A DNA stretch of 64,000 nt from Chthoniobacterales bacterium (GTDB lineage Bacteria; Verrucomicrobiota; Verrucomicrobiia; Chthoniobacterales; Chthoniobacteraceae). Below, one piece after another: positions 50,960 through 58,958 of the stretch (positions within the stretch are counted from its first letter, which is position 1; every line of letters begins with the position of its first letter). The stretch is from contig JBBRXP010000001.1 of NCBI GenBank assembly GCA_038238555.1, positions 2,217-66,216 of the forward strand. The letters run 5' to 3'. The notes below the pieces were generated by a model. The model made no database searches, was not told the DNA's origin, and saw only the letters and a program-made list of their open reading frames with translations. The position numbers and the translations under genes are program-made.

Positions 50960-52825
50960 GTGGGACTTCTTTCCTTTTTCCAACCCCGGCCCGAGTCGTC
51001 GAGCGCAGTGCCGGAAAGATGGCGCAAGGGGAACTTCACGGCGTTCGCGGCGGGTGAAGATTCGCACTTCGTTTGCACGCGCGAGGGCTCGCCGTTCCGC
51101 GTGCCGTCCTTTGCCGTGGACTTTGTTTTTGGGTGTTTGAAATTTCTGCCGATCGAGACGCACCTCGCCGAACACGCGGCGCGGCATGGCTGGAGCGGCC
51201 TCGAGCGCCAGGCGCTGGGGAGTTGGCTGCCGCGGATGATCGAAGGCGGCTTGCTCGTCTCCTCCGCGCAACTTCGCAAACAGTGCGCCGCCACGCATGG
51301 AATCGAGACGCCGCCGCCGATCGCGGCCATCGGCTTTCCGACGGGCGGTAATCGCTTGCCGATGATCACGCGCGCGATCGAGAGCTTTGCCGCAAATCTC
51401 CGCGAACACGGCCGGAGCGCGGACCTCCTGGTGGCGGACAGTTCCGCGCCGCGCGCGGACTTTCGGGAGCAAATTGCAGAGTTCGCGCGCGCGGCCGGGG
51501 CGCGGGTGCTCTACGCGGGCGAGGAGGAAAAACGGCGCTTCATGGATACCCTCGTGCGCCGCGGCGGATGCGAGCGGGCGGCGCTCGAGTTTGCGCTGTT
51601 CGATCCGCTCGGCACTGGATTTGCCTGCGGCGCAAATCGCAACGCCATCCTGTTGGAAGCCGCGGGCCGCATGTGTTGCAGCGTGGATGACGACGTGGTG
51701 TGCCGCCTCGCAGCCGCGCCGCCTTCCGATGGGCAGACGAGGCCGTCCGCTCTCTCCCTTTTCTCCTCGTGCGATCCGCTGTCGCGCTCGCTCTTTGCCG
51801 ATCGCCAAAGCGCGCTGGAGGCGGGCAACTACGTGGCGCGGGATTTTCTCGCCGCGCACGAAACGATGCTCGGGCGCGAACTCGGCGCGCTCTTCGACGA
51901 CACGCAGCTCGACCTCGAGCAAGCCGGCGACGAATTGCTCCAGCGCCTGAGCGCCGGCCCCGCCCGCATCCGCACCACGTTCGTCGGGCACCTCGGCGAT
52001 CCGGGCATTCCGACCTCGATTTATTTTCTCTACTACCAGGGCGCCAACCGCCGCCGGCTCACGGAAAGCGAGGCGCACTACCGCGCGGCGCTCGGCAGCC
52101 GCAGCGTACTCGCGTGCGTGAAAAATGCGGCGATCGGCGACGCGAGCGTGTGCCCGGGCATGGCGATGGGGCTCGATCATCGTGAGTTGCTGCCGCCATT
52201 TTTTCCCGTGCTGCACGCGGAAGATTTCGTCTTCGGCGCGACGGTGTGGCAGTGCTGCCCGCGCTCGGTTGCCGGGCATCTGCCGCTCGCCGTCGTTCAC
52301 GATCCGCCAGCCGGCCAGCCCATCATGCTGCCGGGCGATCTCAGCCGCGACCGGCGCGCCGTGCTCTTTGAGTTCGCGCACTTGATGCGCAGCACGATCC
52401 TTCACCACATCCCCGCGGAACACGCCGGCACCGCCGCGCGCACCATCTCGCTCGGGCGCCATCTTTCCGAGATTGCGGCGATGCCCGCGCGGGATTTCAT
52501 CCACGAGCTGCGGCAGCGCACGCTCGCGCAACACAGCGAGCACATCGAGTGGATGGCCGCGCAGCTCAAGGAGGACACCGACTCGCCCGACTTCTGGCGA
52601 CGGGACGTGGAGGCCTACCTCGATCACGCGCGCGAGGCGGTGGAGTTCGAGGATTTCGACATCCCCTTCGATCTCAAGCCAGGCCGCACGTCGGAAGAAT
52701 CCCGCGCTCTCATGCAGCGACTCTTCGCGGAATTCGGCCGCCTGCTCCAGGCGTGGCCGGCGATAGTATCCGCGGCAAAAGAAGCGAAGGAGAGCGGCGA
52801 GCGCCCACTCTTCGCCGAGAGATGA
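50960..52825 (+). CDS. Hypothetical protein: GT-A-like glycosyltransferase core with a possible PqqD/RRE-like N-terminal segment
   Basis: ORF 50885..52825. The start is uncertain; GTG 50960 is the first start outside the repeat. IAAIGFPTGGNRLPMITRAIESF..., LLVADSS... and CCSVDDDVV (DxD-like) suggest a GT-A fold. The N-terminal FAVDFVFGCLKFLPIETHLAEHAA...LPRMIEGGLLVSS is reminiscent of PqqD-type peptide-binding domains. Both calls are weak. Confidence 0.4.
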   Translation: MGLLSFFQPRPESSSAVPERWRKGNFTAFAAGEDSHFVCTREGSPFRVPSFAVDFVFGCLKFLPIETHLAEHAARHGWSGLERQALGSWLPRMIEGGLLVSSAQLRKQCAATHGIETPPPIAAIGFPTGGNRLPMITRAIESFAANLREHGRSADLLVADSSAPRADFREQIAEFARAAGARVLYAGEEEKRRFMDTLVRRGGCERAALEFALFDPLGTGFACGANRNAILLEAAGRMCCSVDDDVVCRLAAAPPSDGQTRPSALSLFSSCDPLSRSLFADRQSALEAGNYVARDFLAAHETMLGRELGALFDDTQLDLEQAGDELLQRLSAGPARIRTTFVGHLGDPGIPTSIYFLYYQGANRRRLTESEAHYRAALGSRSVLACVKNAAIGDASVCPGMAMGLDHRELLPPFFPVLHAEDFVFGATVWQCCPRSVAGHLPLAVVHDPPAGQPIMLPGDLSRDRRAVLFEFAHLMRSTILHHIPAEHAGTAARTISLGRHLSEIAAMPARDFIHELRQRTLAQHSEHIEWMAAQLKEDTDSPDFWRRDVEAYLDHAREAVEFEDFDIPFDLKPGRTSEESRALMQRLFAEFGRLLQAWPAIVSAAKEAKESGERPLFAER

Positions 52826-52865
52826 TTCGCCATTCGTCATGTCGTCATTCGTCATTCGTCATTCC
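52824..52865. repeat. Tandem heptamer array (CATTCGT) x~6
   Basis: GATTCGC CATTCGT CATGTCGT CATTCGT CATTCGT CATTCC read directly. It overlaps the stop codon at 52823-52825. Confidence 0.9.
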
Positions 52866-52902
52866 GTTGACATCGCTTCCGCCCGGCCTTCCCTTTCCTG
52901 CC

Positions 52903-53598
52903 ATGAACTCCCGCCGCTTGCTCGCACTCTCCGGTCTCTTCCTCGGCACATCCGCCTTCGCCGTCGAATCCTTTCTGCCCGCCGCGTTCCCTGCGTCGCG
53001 TTACGATTCCATCGTCGAGAAGTCGCCCTTTTCGCTCGCCACACCGCCGGCTCCGCCGCCGCAGGAGCAGGTGAAAGGGTTTGCCGCCGACTACTACCTC
53101 ACGGGCCTCGGTCTCCTGGATGACAAGACTTTCGTGTCCATCAAGTCGCGCGATCTTTCGACCAATTTCACGCTCTTCGGCAATGAACCCAATCTCGATG
53201 GAGTGGCGCTGGTGAGCGTGGATTGGTCGCCGGTGCGGGGCAAGAGCACCGTCACGATCAAGAAGGGCACGGAGTTCGCGAAACTCGAATTCAATCAAGC
53301 CGAGGTGCAGGCCGCGAACGCTCCCGCGCCTCCCGGGGTGCGGCCCGGTTTGCCTGGCCAGCCCTCCATCCGCCCCGCCGTGATGCCCGCGCAAATGCCC
53401 GTGATCAATACGCCTGCCGCTCTGCAGCCGCGCCTCAATATCCCGCGGCCCGCCAATGTGCCGGTCTTCACCGCGCCCCCGCCGCTGCCAAACGCAAACG
53501 TGAACGTTCCGGTAACGAATCTGCCGCAAGGCACGAGCACCAACGCAAACGGCGAGGACAACCGGCGGCGCATCCGGGTCATCAATCCGAAGCCATAG
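52903..53598 (+). CDS. Secreted proline-rich hypothetical protein
   Basis: ORF 52549..53598 trimmed to ATG 52903 (MNSRRLLALSGLFLGTSAFA signal peptide). The C-terminal half is Pro/Asn/Val-rich and low complexity. Confidence 0.6.
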   Translation: MNSRRLLALSGLFLGTSAFAVESFLPAAFPASRYDSIVEKSPFSLATPPAPPPQEQVKGFAADYYLTGLGLLDDKTFVSIKSRDLSTNFTLFGNEPNLDGVALVSVDWSPVRGKSTVTIKKGTEFAKLEFNQAEVQAANAPAPPGVRPGLPGQPSIRPAVMPAQMPVINTPAALQPRLNIPRPANVPVFTAPPPLPNANVNVPVTNLPQGTSTNANGEDNRRRIRVINPKP

Positions 53599-53608
53599 AC
53601 GTCGCGGT

Positions 53609-53905
53609 TCAGTCGGAGAGGCGGTAGTGCCAGTAATCCGGGTGACGGCTGTGGTGCGCAAAGGCGAGGATGCGAAGATAGTCCGGGAGAACCCTGTAAT
53701 AAATGGCGTAGGGAAAGCGAGGGATGAGGTAGTGCCTGACATCTGCCTCTATGACGCTCCAACGGTCCGGAGCCTCCTGAATGACGCGCACCGCGCTGTC
53801 GGCACCTTCGAGAAGCTGGGCGCCAAGGGTGGGAACTCGTCGGTCGTAAAACTGAGCGGCCTCAATGAGTTCCGCCTCGGCATCGGGATGATAAATCAGT
53901 CGCAT
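53609..53905 (-). CDS. ParE/RelE-family toxin
   Basis: MRLIYHPDAEAELIEAAQFYDRRVPTLG...RFPYAIYYRVLPDYLRILAFAHHSRHPDYW. It is 98 aa and overlaps the upstream antitoxin by 10 nt. Confidence 0.8.
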   Translation of the reverse strand: MRLIYHPDAEAELIEAAQFYDRRVPTLGAQLLEGADSAVRVIQEAPDRWSVIEADVRHYLIPRFPYAIYYRVLPDYLRILAFAHHSRHPDYWHYRLSD

Positions 53906-54147
53906 CCGATCGCGCGCCGCGCAGCCAGCATGACCTCCTCGTGAGTGCGGCCCACCACTGCGCCGGAGGAAAGCTCCTGGTCGCGCCTTATGGCTTCACG
54001 CACCGCGGCATGCTCATCGGTCTCTGCCAGACCAGCGTCGATGCTCTCCCAGAGCGCCTGTGCGAGCGAGACCCGCTCCGAAAGTGGAAGTGCCATCGCT
54101 TCAGTAGTGAGCTGCTCAGGCGACATGGCGGGAAAGGAGCGATTCAA
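53896..54147 (-). CDS. Addiction-module antitoxin component
   Basis: MSPEQLTTEAMALPLSERVSLAQALWESID...AVREAIRRDQELSSG has the same pattern as 20406..20675. The start is TTG 54147 or ATG 54126. Confidence 0.75.
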   Translation of the reverse strand: MNRSFPAMSPEQLTTEAMALPLSERVSLAQALWESIDAGLAETDEHAAVREAIRRDQELSSGAVVGRTHEEVMLAARRAIGCD

Positions 54148-54165
54148 GCGGCAAACGCGTGACCG

Positions 54166-54606
54166 CTAATTGGTCGGCGCGTTTTCCCAGTTCCCCACGT
54201 CGTCGGCGGTGCCGGGTTTGCGGTCCGATCCCGAGGAGAAGAGATCGAAGCTGTTCGGATTGTGCGTCCCCGGCTGCACGTAGTTGTATTCCATCTCCCA
54301 GCCATCCCGCGGCATGGTCGGCATGAGTTGCGTCCAGTTGCGCGGGCGCGGCTCGGCTTCCGGTTTGGTCACCAGCGCCTTGAGGCCCTGCTCGGTGGGA
54401 GGATAAAAGCCGTTTTGCGCGCGGTAGATCATGAGCTGCGTGCTGATGCTTTGGATGTCGCCCTGCGCGCGCGTCTTCATGGCGATGTCGATGTTCCCGC
54501 CGAGATACTTCACGGCCATGCCGATGAGCAGGCCGATGATGAGCACCACGAGCATGATTTCGAGAAGCGTGAAGCCGTGCGAACGGCGGAGCAGGGAAGT
54601 TTTCAT
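54166..54606 (-). CDS. gspG: Type II secretion major pseudopilin GspG-like
   Basis: The prepilin leader and methylation site are HGFTLLEIMLVVLIIGLLIG. QGDIQSISTQLMIYRAQNGFYP and a C-terminal GTADDVGNW are present. Confidence 0.85.
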   Translation of the reverse strand: MKTSLLRRSHGFTLLEIMLVVLIIGLLIGMAVKYLGGNIDIAMKTRAQGDIQSISTQLMIYRAQNGFYPPTEQGLKALVTKPEAEPRPRNWTQLMPTMPRDGWEMEYNYVQPGTHNPNSFDLFSSGSDRKPGTADDVGNWENAPTN

Positions 54607-54610
54607 GATG

Positions 54611-55618
54611 TCAGTTGTTCTTAAGGTGCAGCTCGATCGTGCGCACCGCGATCGGGCCGGACTCCTTCGACAGCGCGATCTCGATCCGGTTCAATCCCTC
54701 GACCAGCGCGGAGGCCGGGATCGCCCGCTGGCAGCGCAACCAGCCCGCGTAACGAAACCGCACGTCGAGATCCCGCGCGCGCACCACGCTGCGATAGCCC
54801 GGATCGGCGAGGTCCGGCAGATGGATCGACGCGGGGCCGATGCGGCGCCCATTGACCGCGATCTCCGGCGCCGCGAGCGCATCCACATTCAAGACATCGA
54901 AAGTGACGACGGCAAAGAGCGGCAGCGTCCCGAGCTCAAACTCCCACGCGCCGCTCGGCGTCTCGCGCGGCACGAGCTTGCGGATGAGCGGGTCGATGGG
55001 CGCGCGCACGCGGTCGTAGAGATACAGGTCGCTGGCCTCGGGCGGAGCCGCGGGCGTGTTATTGAAGGGATCTGCCAGATCGCTGTCGGGAGTGAAATCC
55101 AGCGCGTGCCACGAGTCGGACTTCTTCAAGGAGGCGACGAAAGCGCCGTGCACATTGCTGCCGTCGCCCGGCGCTTCGATCTCGACGGTGTCGATGGCAT
55201 CCATCGGCACGAGCACCGTCTCGGAGTTTGGAAGATCGAGCCCCGCGCCAAATGGCCCGTGGAAAAAATGCGGCGCGGCGCTGCCGGCGCTTCCCGTGAT
55301 GAGCGGCGCCAGCCCCAGCACGTCGTCGTAAAAAAGGCGGAGGAACACTTCATTGTTGAGCTCGCCCAATTTGCGGAACCGCAGCCGGAAGATGGTCTTC
55401 GCGATCTTGCCCCGGACATCCGGCACGGCGATGCGCTCCATTGATTCGAGCCAGATGGGGAGCGAAGTCTTCGGGGCCGCGGGCGTCCCGAGCGCGTCGA
55501 GATTCAGCATCACCGAGAAGGGCGTAGTCTGCTGCCGCGGCTCCTGCGCCACGAGCGCCGCGGGCAGGGCGAGCACCGCCAGCCAGCGGAAAATGAACGG
55601 GAGGGAATGAGCGGGCAT
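54611..55618 (-). CDS. Hypothetical secreted protein (335 aa) directly upstream of gspG
   Basis: ORF 54611..56530 trimmed to ATG 55618 (MPAHSLPFIFRWLAVLALPAALVA signal peptide). I recognise no family. There is a 4-nt gap to gspG. Confidence 0.55.
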   Translation of the reverse strand: MPAHSLPFIFRWLAVLALPAALVAQEPRQQTTPFSVMLNLDALGTPAAPKTSLPIWLESMERIAVPDVRGKIAKTIFRLRFRKLGELNNEVFLRLFYDDVLGLAPLITGSAGSAAPHFFHGPFGAGLDLPNSETVLVPMDAIDTVEIEAPGDGSNVHGAFVASLKKSDSWHALDFTPDSDLADPFNNTPAAPPEASDLYLYDRVRAPIDPLIRKLVPRETPSGAWEFELGTLPLFAVVTFDVLNVDALAAPEIAVNGRRIGPASIHLPDLADPGYRSVVRARDLDVRFRYAGWLRCQRAIPASALVEGLNRIEIALSKESGPIAVRTIELHLKNN

Positions 55619-55726
55619 TTCGTGAGAGCGGCAGAAGCTAAGGGTCCGCCGTGGAGAATGCGAGCGTCTTTGTTTCGCGCAGAGAGGCCCGCAACCTTCG
55701 CGCTGCTCGCCGGGTTCGATGGGTCC

Positions 55727-56548
55727 ATGAACTCTCTCCTCTGCACGCTCGCGCTGGCGCTCCTCGGTTTGGCCGCATCGCCATTTTCCGCGCGAGGGCA
55801 GGGGACCGAAACGCCGCCGGGATTTCAGCGCTGGGAGCTGAACGTGGACGGCGCCGCGCGCACCGCGCTCCTCTTCGCGCCGCCCTCCGCGAAGACTTCG
55901 CCGACGCCGGTGGTGTTTGTTTTTCACGGCCACGGCGGCACGGCGCAAGCGGCGGCACGAAGCTTCGGCATCCATCGCGAATGGCCCGAGGCCATCTCCG
56001 TGTACATGCAGGGACTCAATACGCCGGGACGCCTGACCGATCCCGAGGGGAAGAAGCCAGGATGGCAGCAGAGCCGCGGCCAGCAGGGAGACCGCGACCT
56101 GAAGTTTTTCGACGCGGTGCTGGCGCGGCTTAAGGCAGAGCACAAGGTCGATGAGCGCCGCATCTACGCGACCGGCCACTCCAATGGCGGCTCCTTCACC
56201 TATCTCCTGTGGGCCGTGCGCGGAGACACCTTTGCCGCGGTCGCGCCCTCGGGCAGCGCGGCCGCGCAGAATCTGCCGCTGCTCAAGCCGAAGCCCGCGC
56301 TGCACCTCGCCGGCGAGAAGGATCCGCTGGTGAAATACGAGTGGCAGCGGGCGACGATGGATGCATTGCGCAAGCTCAATGGCTGCGCGCCGCAAAACCA
56401 GCCATGGAGCGAACATTGCACGCTCTACCCATCTGCGGGCGGCACGCCGCTCGTCGAATTCATCCATCCCGGCGGCCACGAATTTCCCGCCGGAGCCGGG
56501 GCCGCGTTCGTGAAGTTTTTCAAGGAACATCCGGCGGCGGAAAAGTAA
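55727..56548 (+). CDS. Secreted esterase (PHB depolymerase / feruloyl-esterase-like alpha/beta hydrolase)
   Basis: ORF 55607..56548 trimmed to ATG 55727 (MNSLLCTLALALLGLAASPFSA signal peptide). VVFVFHGHGG and the nucleophile elbow ATGHSNGG are present. Confidence 0.8.
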   Translation: MNSLLCTLALALLGLAASPFSARGQGTETPPGFQRWELNVDGAARTALLFAPPSAKTSPTPVVFVFHGHGGTAQAAARSFGIHREWPEAISVYMQGLNTPGRLTDPEGKKPGWQQSRGQQGDRDLKFFDAVLARLKAEHKVDERRIYATGHSNGGSFTYLLWAVRGDTFAAVAPSGSAAAQNLPLLKPKPALHLAGEKDPLVKYEWQRATMDALRKLNGCAPQNQPWSEHCTLYPSAGGTPLVEFIHPGGHEFPAGAGAAFVKFFKEHPAAEK

Positions 56549-56647
56549 CGCGAGCTATGCAATCCGGCGCAATCATTGCCTGGACACTCCCGCAATGTGC
56601 ATGACAGGCTCGAGCCTCACGCCAACCCTTCACCCACTTCTTGACCT

Positions 56648-57709
56648 ATGGGCCTCATGGACTTCATCAAAGGCGAACTCATCGAGATCATCGAATGGAC
56701 CGACGATTCACGCGACACGCTGAGTTACCGCTGGCCGGACAACGACAAGGAGATCAAGAACGGAGCGCAACTCATCGTGCGCGAAAGCCAGGTCGCGCAG
56801 TTCGTGTATCTGGGCCAGTTCGGCGACACCTTTGGCCCCGGCAAGCACACGCTGGTGACCGACAACATCCCGGTGCTCGCCACGCTCAAGGGCTGGAAGT
56901 ACGGCTTCAATACGCCGTTCAAAGCCGACGTGTACTACGTGACCACGCGGCTCTTCACCGGGAACAAATGGGGCACGGCCAACCCGGTGATGATGCGCGA
57001 CAACGACTTCGGCATCGTGCGCGTGCGCGCCTTTGGCACCTTCGATTTTCACATCACGGATCCGAAATTGTTTTTGAAAGAAGTGGCCGGCAGCGACCAG
57101 CATTTTCATCTCGAGGAATTTGCCGACACCATGCGCTCCCGCATCGTCTCGCTTTTCAGCGAAGCCCTCGCGCAGGCGAAGATTCCGGTGCTCGACGTGG
57201 CGGCGCGTTACAGCGAAGTGGGCGCGGCGTTGCTGCCGCTCATCAATCCGGTGACGACGACGAAGTACGGCATCGAGTTCTCTAGCTTCATCGTGGAAAA
57301 CGTGAGCGTGCCGCCAGAAGTCGAGCAGGCAATAGACAAGCGCTCGTCGATGGCGGCGGTCGGCAACTTGAATGACTACGTGAAATTCCAGATGGCCCAA
57401 GGCATGGGCTCGGGCCAGGGCGGCGGCGCGGGCGGCTTTGCCAGCGAGATGGCCGTGGGCATGGCGATGGCCCAGCAGATGATGCAGCAGCAAGGCGGCG
57501 TGCTCGGCCCGCAAGCCACCAAGCCCGCGGGCACGCCAGCCACCACAGGCGCGCCGGAAATGCTCAGCCCCGCTGACGCCGCACAGGCGCTGGGTGTGGC
57601 GGAAGCCGACGTGATCCAGTCGCTCGAAGCCGGCGACTTGAAAGGCAAGAAGATCGGCTCGGCGTGGAGAATTTCGCGGCCCGCGCTTGACGCCTTCTTG
57701 AATAGCTGA
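56648..57709 (+). CDS. SPFH-domain (YdjI / 'virion core protein'-like) protein fused to a C-terminal excisionase-type HTH
   Basis: MGLMDFIKGELIEIIEWTDDSRDTLSYRWP...QLIVRESQVAQFVYLGQFGDTFGPGKH is the typical N-terminus of this SPFH subfamily. A Gly/Met/Gln linker follows. Then MLSPADAAQALGVAEADVIQSLEAGDLKGKKIGSAWRISRPALDAFL matches the excisionase-family HTH pattern. Confidence 0.75.
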   Translation: MGLMDFIKGELIEIIEWTDDSRDTLSYRWPDNDKEIKNGAQLIVRESQVAQFVYLGQFGDTFGPGKHTLVTDNIPVLATLKGWKYGFNTPFKADVYYVTTRLFTGNKWGTANPVMMRDNDFGIVRVRAFGTFDFHITDPKLFLKEVAGSDQHFHLEEFADTMRSRIVSLFSEALAQAKIPVLDVAARYSEVGAALLPLINPVTTTKYGIEFSSFIVENVSVPPEVEQAIDKRSSMAAVGNLNDYVKFQMAQGMGSGQGGGAGGFASEMAVGMAMAQQMMQQQGGVLGPQATKPAGTPATTGAPEMLSPADAAQALGVAEADVIQSLEAGDLKGKKIGSAWRISRPALDAFLNS

Positions 57710-57735
57710 TTAAAGAGCGCGTCATTCTTGAAATT

Positions 57736-58209
57736 ATGGCGCGACGAATCATCCGGCATTGGCGTTACTCGCTTCTCGCGCTGCTCTGCACGGCGCTCAT
57801 CGGAGTCCTCGGCTACCAGGCCGGCGCCGCGGCGCGACCGCAGATCGTCCTGCAAACCGCGCGCGAAGGCGACCTCGTGGTGGTCAATGGCTGCGTGGTT
57901 TCCGCCTGCCAATTCCTCGCCAGCGTCCGCGCCCACCACGCGCTCGACGCGCACTTTTGGTCGCGCGTGATGCTGGTGCGCTACAAGGATCTGCGCGCCG
58001 GCCACGCCTACTGCGTGTGGGAGACCGACGGCCAAATCTTCGGCTACGACCGCAACGGCGGCGCCTTCCCCATCCCCGGCCGCGAACGCGATCCGCAAGC
58101 CATCGCCAGCGCGCTCGCCGTCGAACTGGGCAAAGTCTTGAAGAAGCCGATGGTGGTCGGCCGAGCCGAGTTCATCGAGCCCGCCGAGGGGCAGACCTTC
58201 GCGTTTTAG
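57736..58209 (+). CDS. Membrane-anchored hypothetical protein with a Cys...His arrangement (possible papain/transglutaminase-like fold)
   Basis: N-terminal TM helix YSLLALLCTALIGVLGY. NGCVVSACQFLASV ... GHAYCVWETDG ... FGYDRNGG. The fold suggestion is speculative. Confidence 0.45.
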   Translation: MARRIIRHWRYSLLALLCTALIGVLGYQAGAAARPQIVLQTAREGDLVVVNGCVVSACQFLASVRAHHALDAHFWSRVMLVRYKDLRAGHAYCVWETDGQIFGYDRNGGAFPIPGRERDPQAIASALAVELGKVLKKPMVVGRAEFIEPAEGQTFAF

Positions 58210-58220
58210 CCACGGGCCGC

Positions 58221-58868
58221 TTACCGGCACTGCGAAGCCAGGGCGGTGGCGAGCGCGCCGGCGGTGTCGCGCAATTCGTGATCGGGGTCGCTCTTTGCGG
58301 CGCGGCGCAGGAGCTGGAGACCGCGGGGATCTTCCAGGTATGCGGCCACGTCGAGCGCGGCGCGGCGCACATTGCGCGGCTGCCCGCGGTCGAGCGCTGC
58401 GGTCACGAGGCGCAGCTTTGCTTCGAGATGCGTGTCGCGCTGGGTGTCGGCGAGCGCGGAGACGAGGGCCTCGCGCACGGCGGCCACGCGCTCGATGCGG
58501 AAGAGGCGCGCCACGGTCTCGTTCGCATCCGCGTCGTCCAGCGAAGCCAGCGCCGGAGCGAGCCGCGCGCGGTCGGCGGCGTCCGTGGTGCGCAGGTATT
58601 CCGCCTCGAACTCGCGCGCCGAAGCAGCTTCGGGCAGCGGCGCTGGCACTGGGGTTTTCTCTTCTCGAGGCGTATTCGATCGCGACTCCTGCCGCGCTGC
58701 GCGGTCGTCGGCGGCTGGCGAGCCCGGCGCAGTGTTTGGCGACGCATTCGCGAAAGAGGCGGAGTCTCGTCGATTATCCAGAAACCACCACGCCGCGGCC
58801 GCCGCGACTGCAAGTGCCGCGAGGCACATGGCAGTCGCGCGGCGAAGAGTTTTTTCGGGTTGACGCAT
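58221..58868 (-). CDS. HEAT-repeat protein with N-terminal membrane anchor
   Basis: ORF 58221..58898 trimmed to ATG 58868 (MRQPEKTLRRATAMCLAALAVAAAAAWWF). HEAT-like repeats: AAVREALVSALADT, VRRAALDVAAYLEDPRGLQLLRRAAKSDPDHELRDTA. Confidence 0.65.
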   Translation of the reverse strand: MRQPEKTLRRATAMCLAALAVAAAAAWWFLDNRRDSASFANASPNTAPGSPAADDRAARQESRSNTPREEKTPVPAPLPEAASAREFEAEYLRTTDAADRARLAPALASLDDADANETVARLFRIERVAAVREALVSALADTQRDTHLEAKLRLVTAALDRGQPRNVRRAALDVAAYLEDPRGLQLLRRAAKSDPDHELRDTAGALATALASQCR

Positions 58869-58958
58869 GAGAAAGAAAACTCTGAGCTTCGTTTGCACTC
58901 TCGGTGAGCTTTAGAAAGAACTCACGAGCTTCGAAAAACCCAAAGCACTCGACCTTCC

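Noticed and set aside
54611-56530. 639-aa minus-strand ORF as one protein
   Set aside because: Its N-terminal 300 aa are antisense to the esterase gene (55727..56548) and Arg-rich. A signal peptide begins at the internal ATG 55618, so only 54611..55618 was kept.
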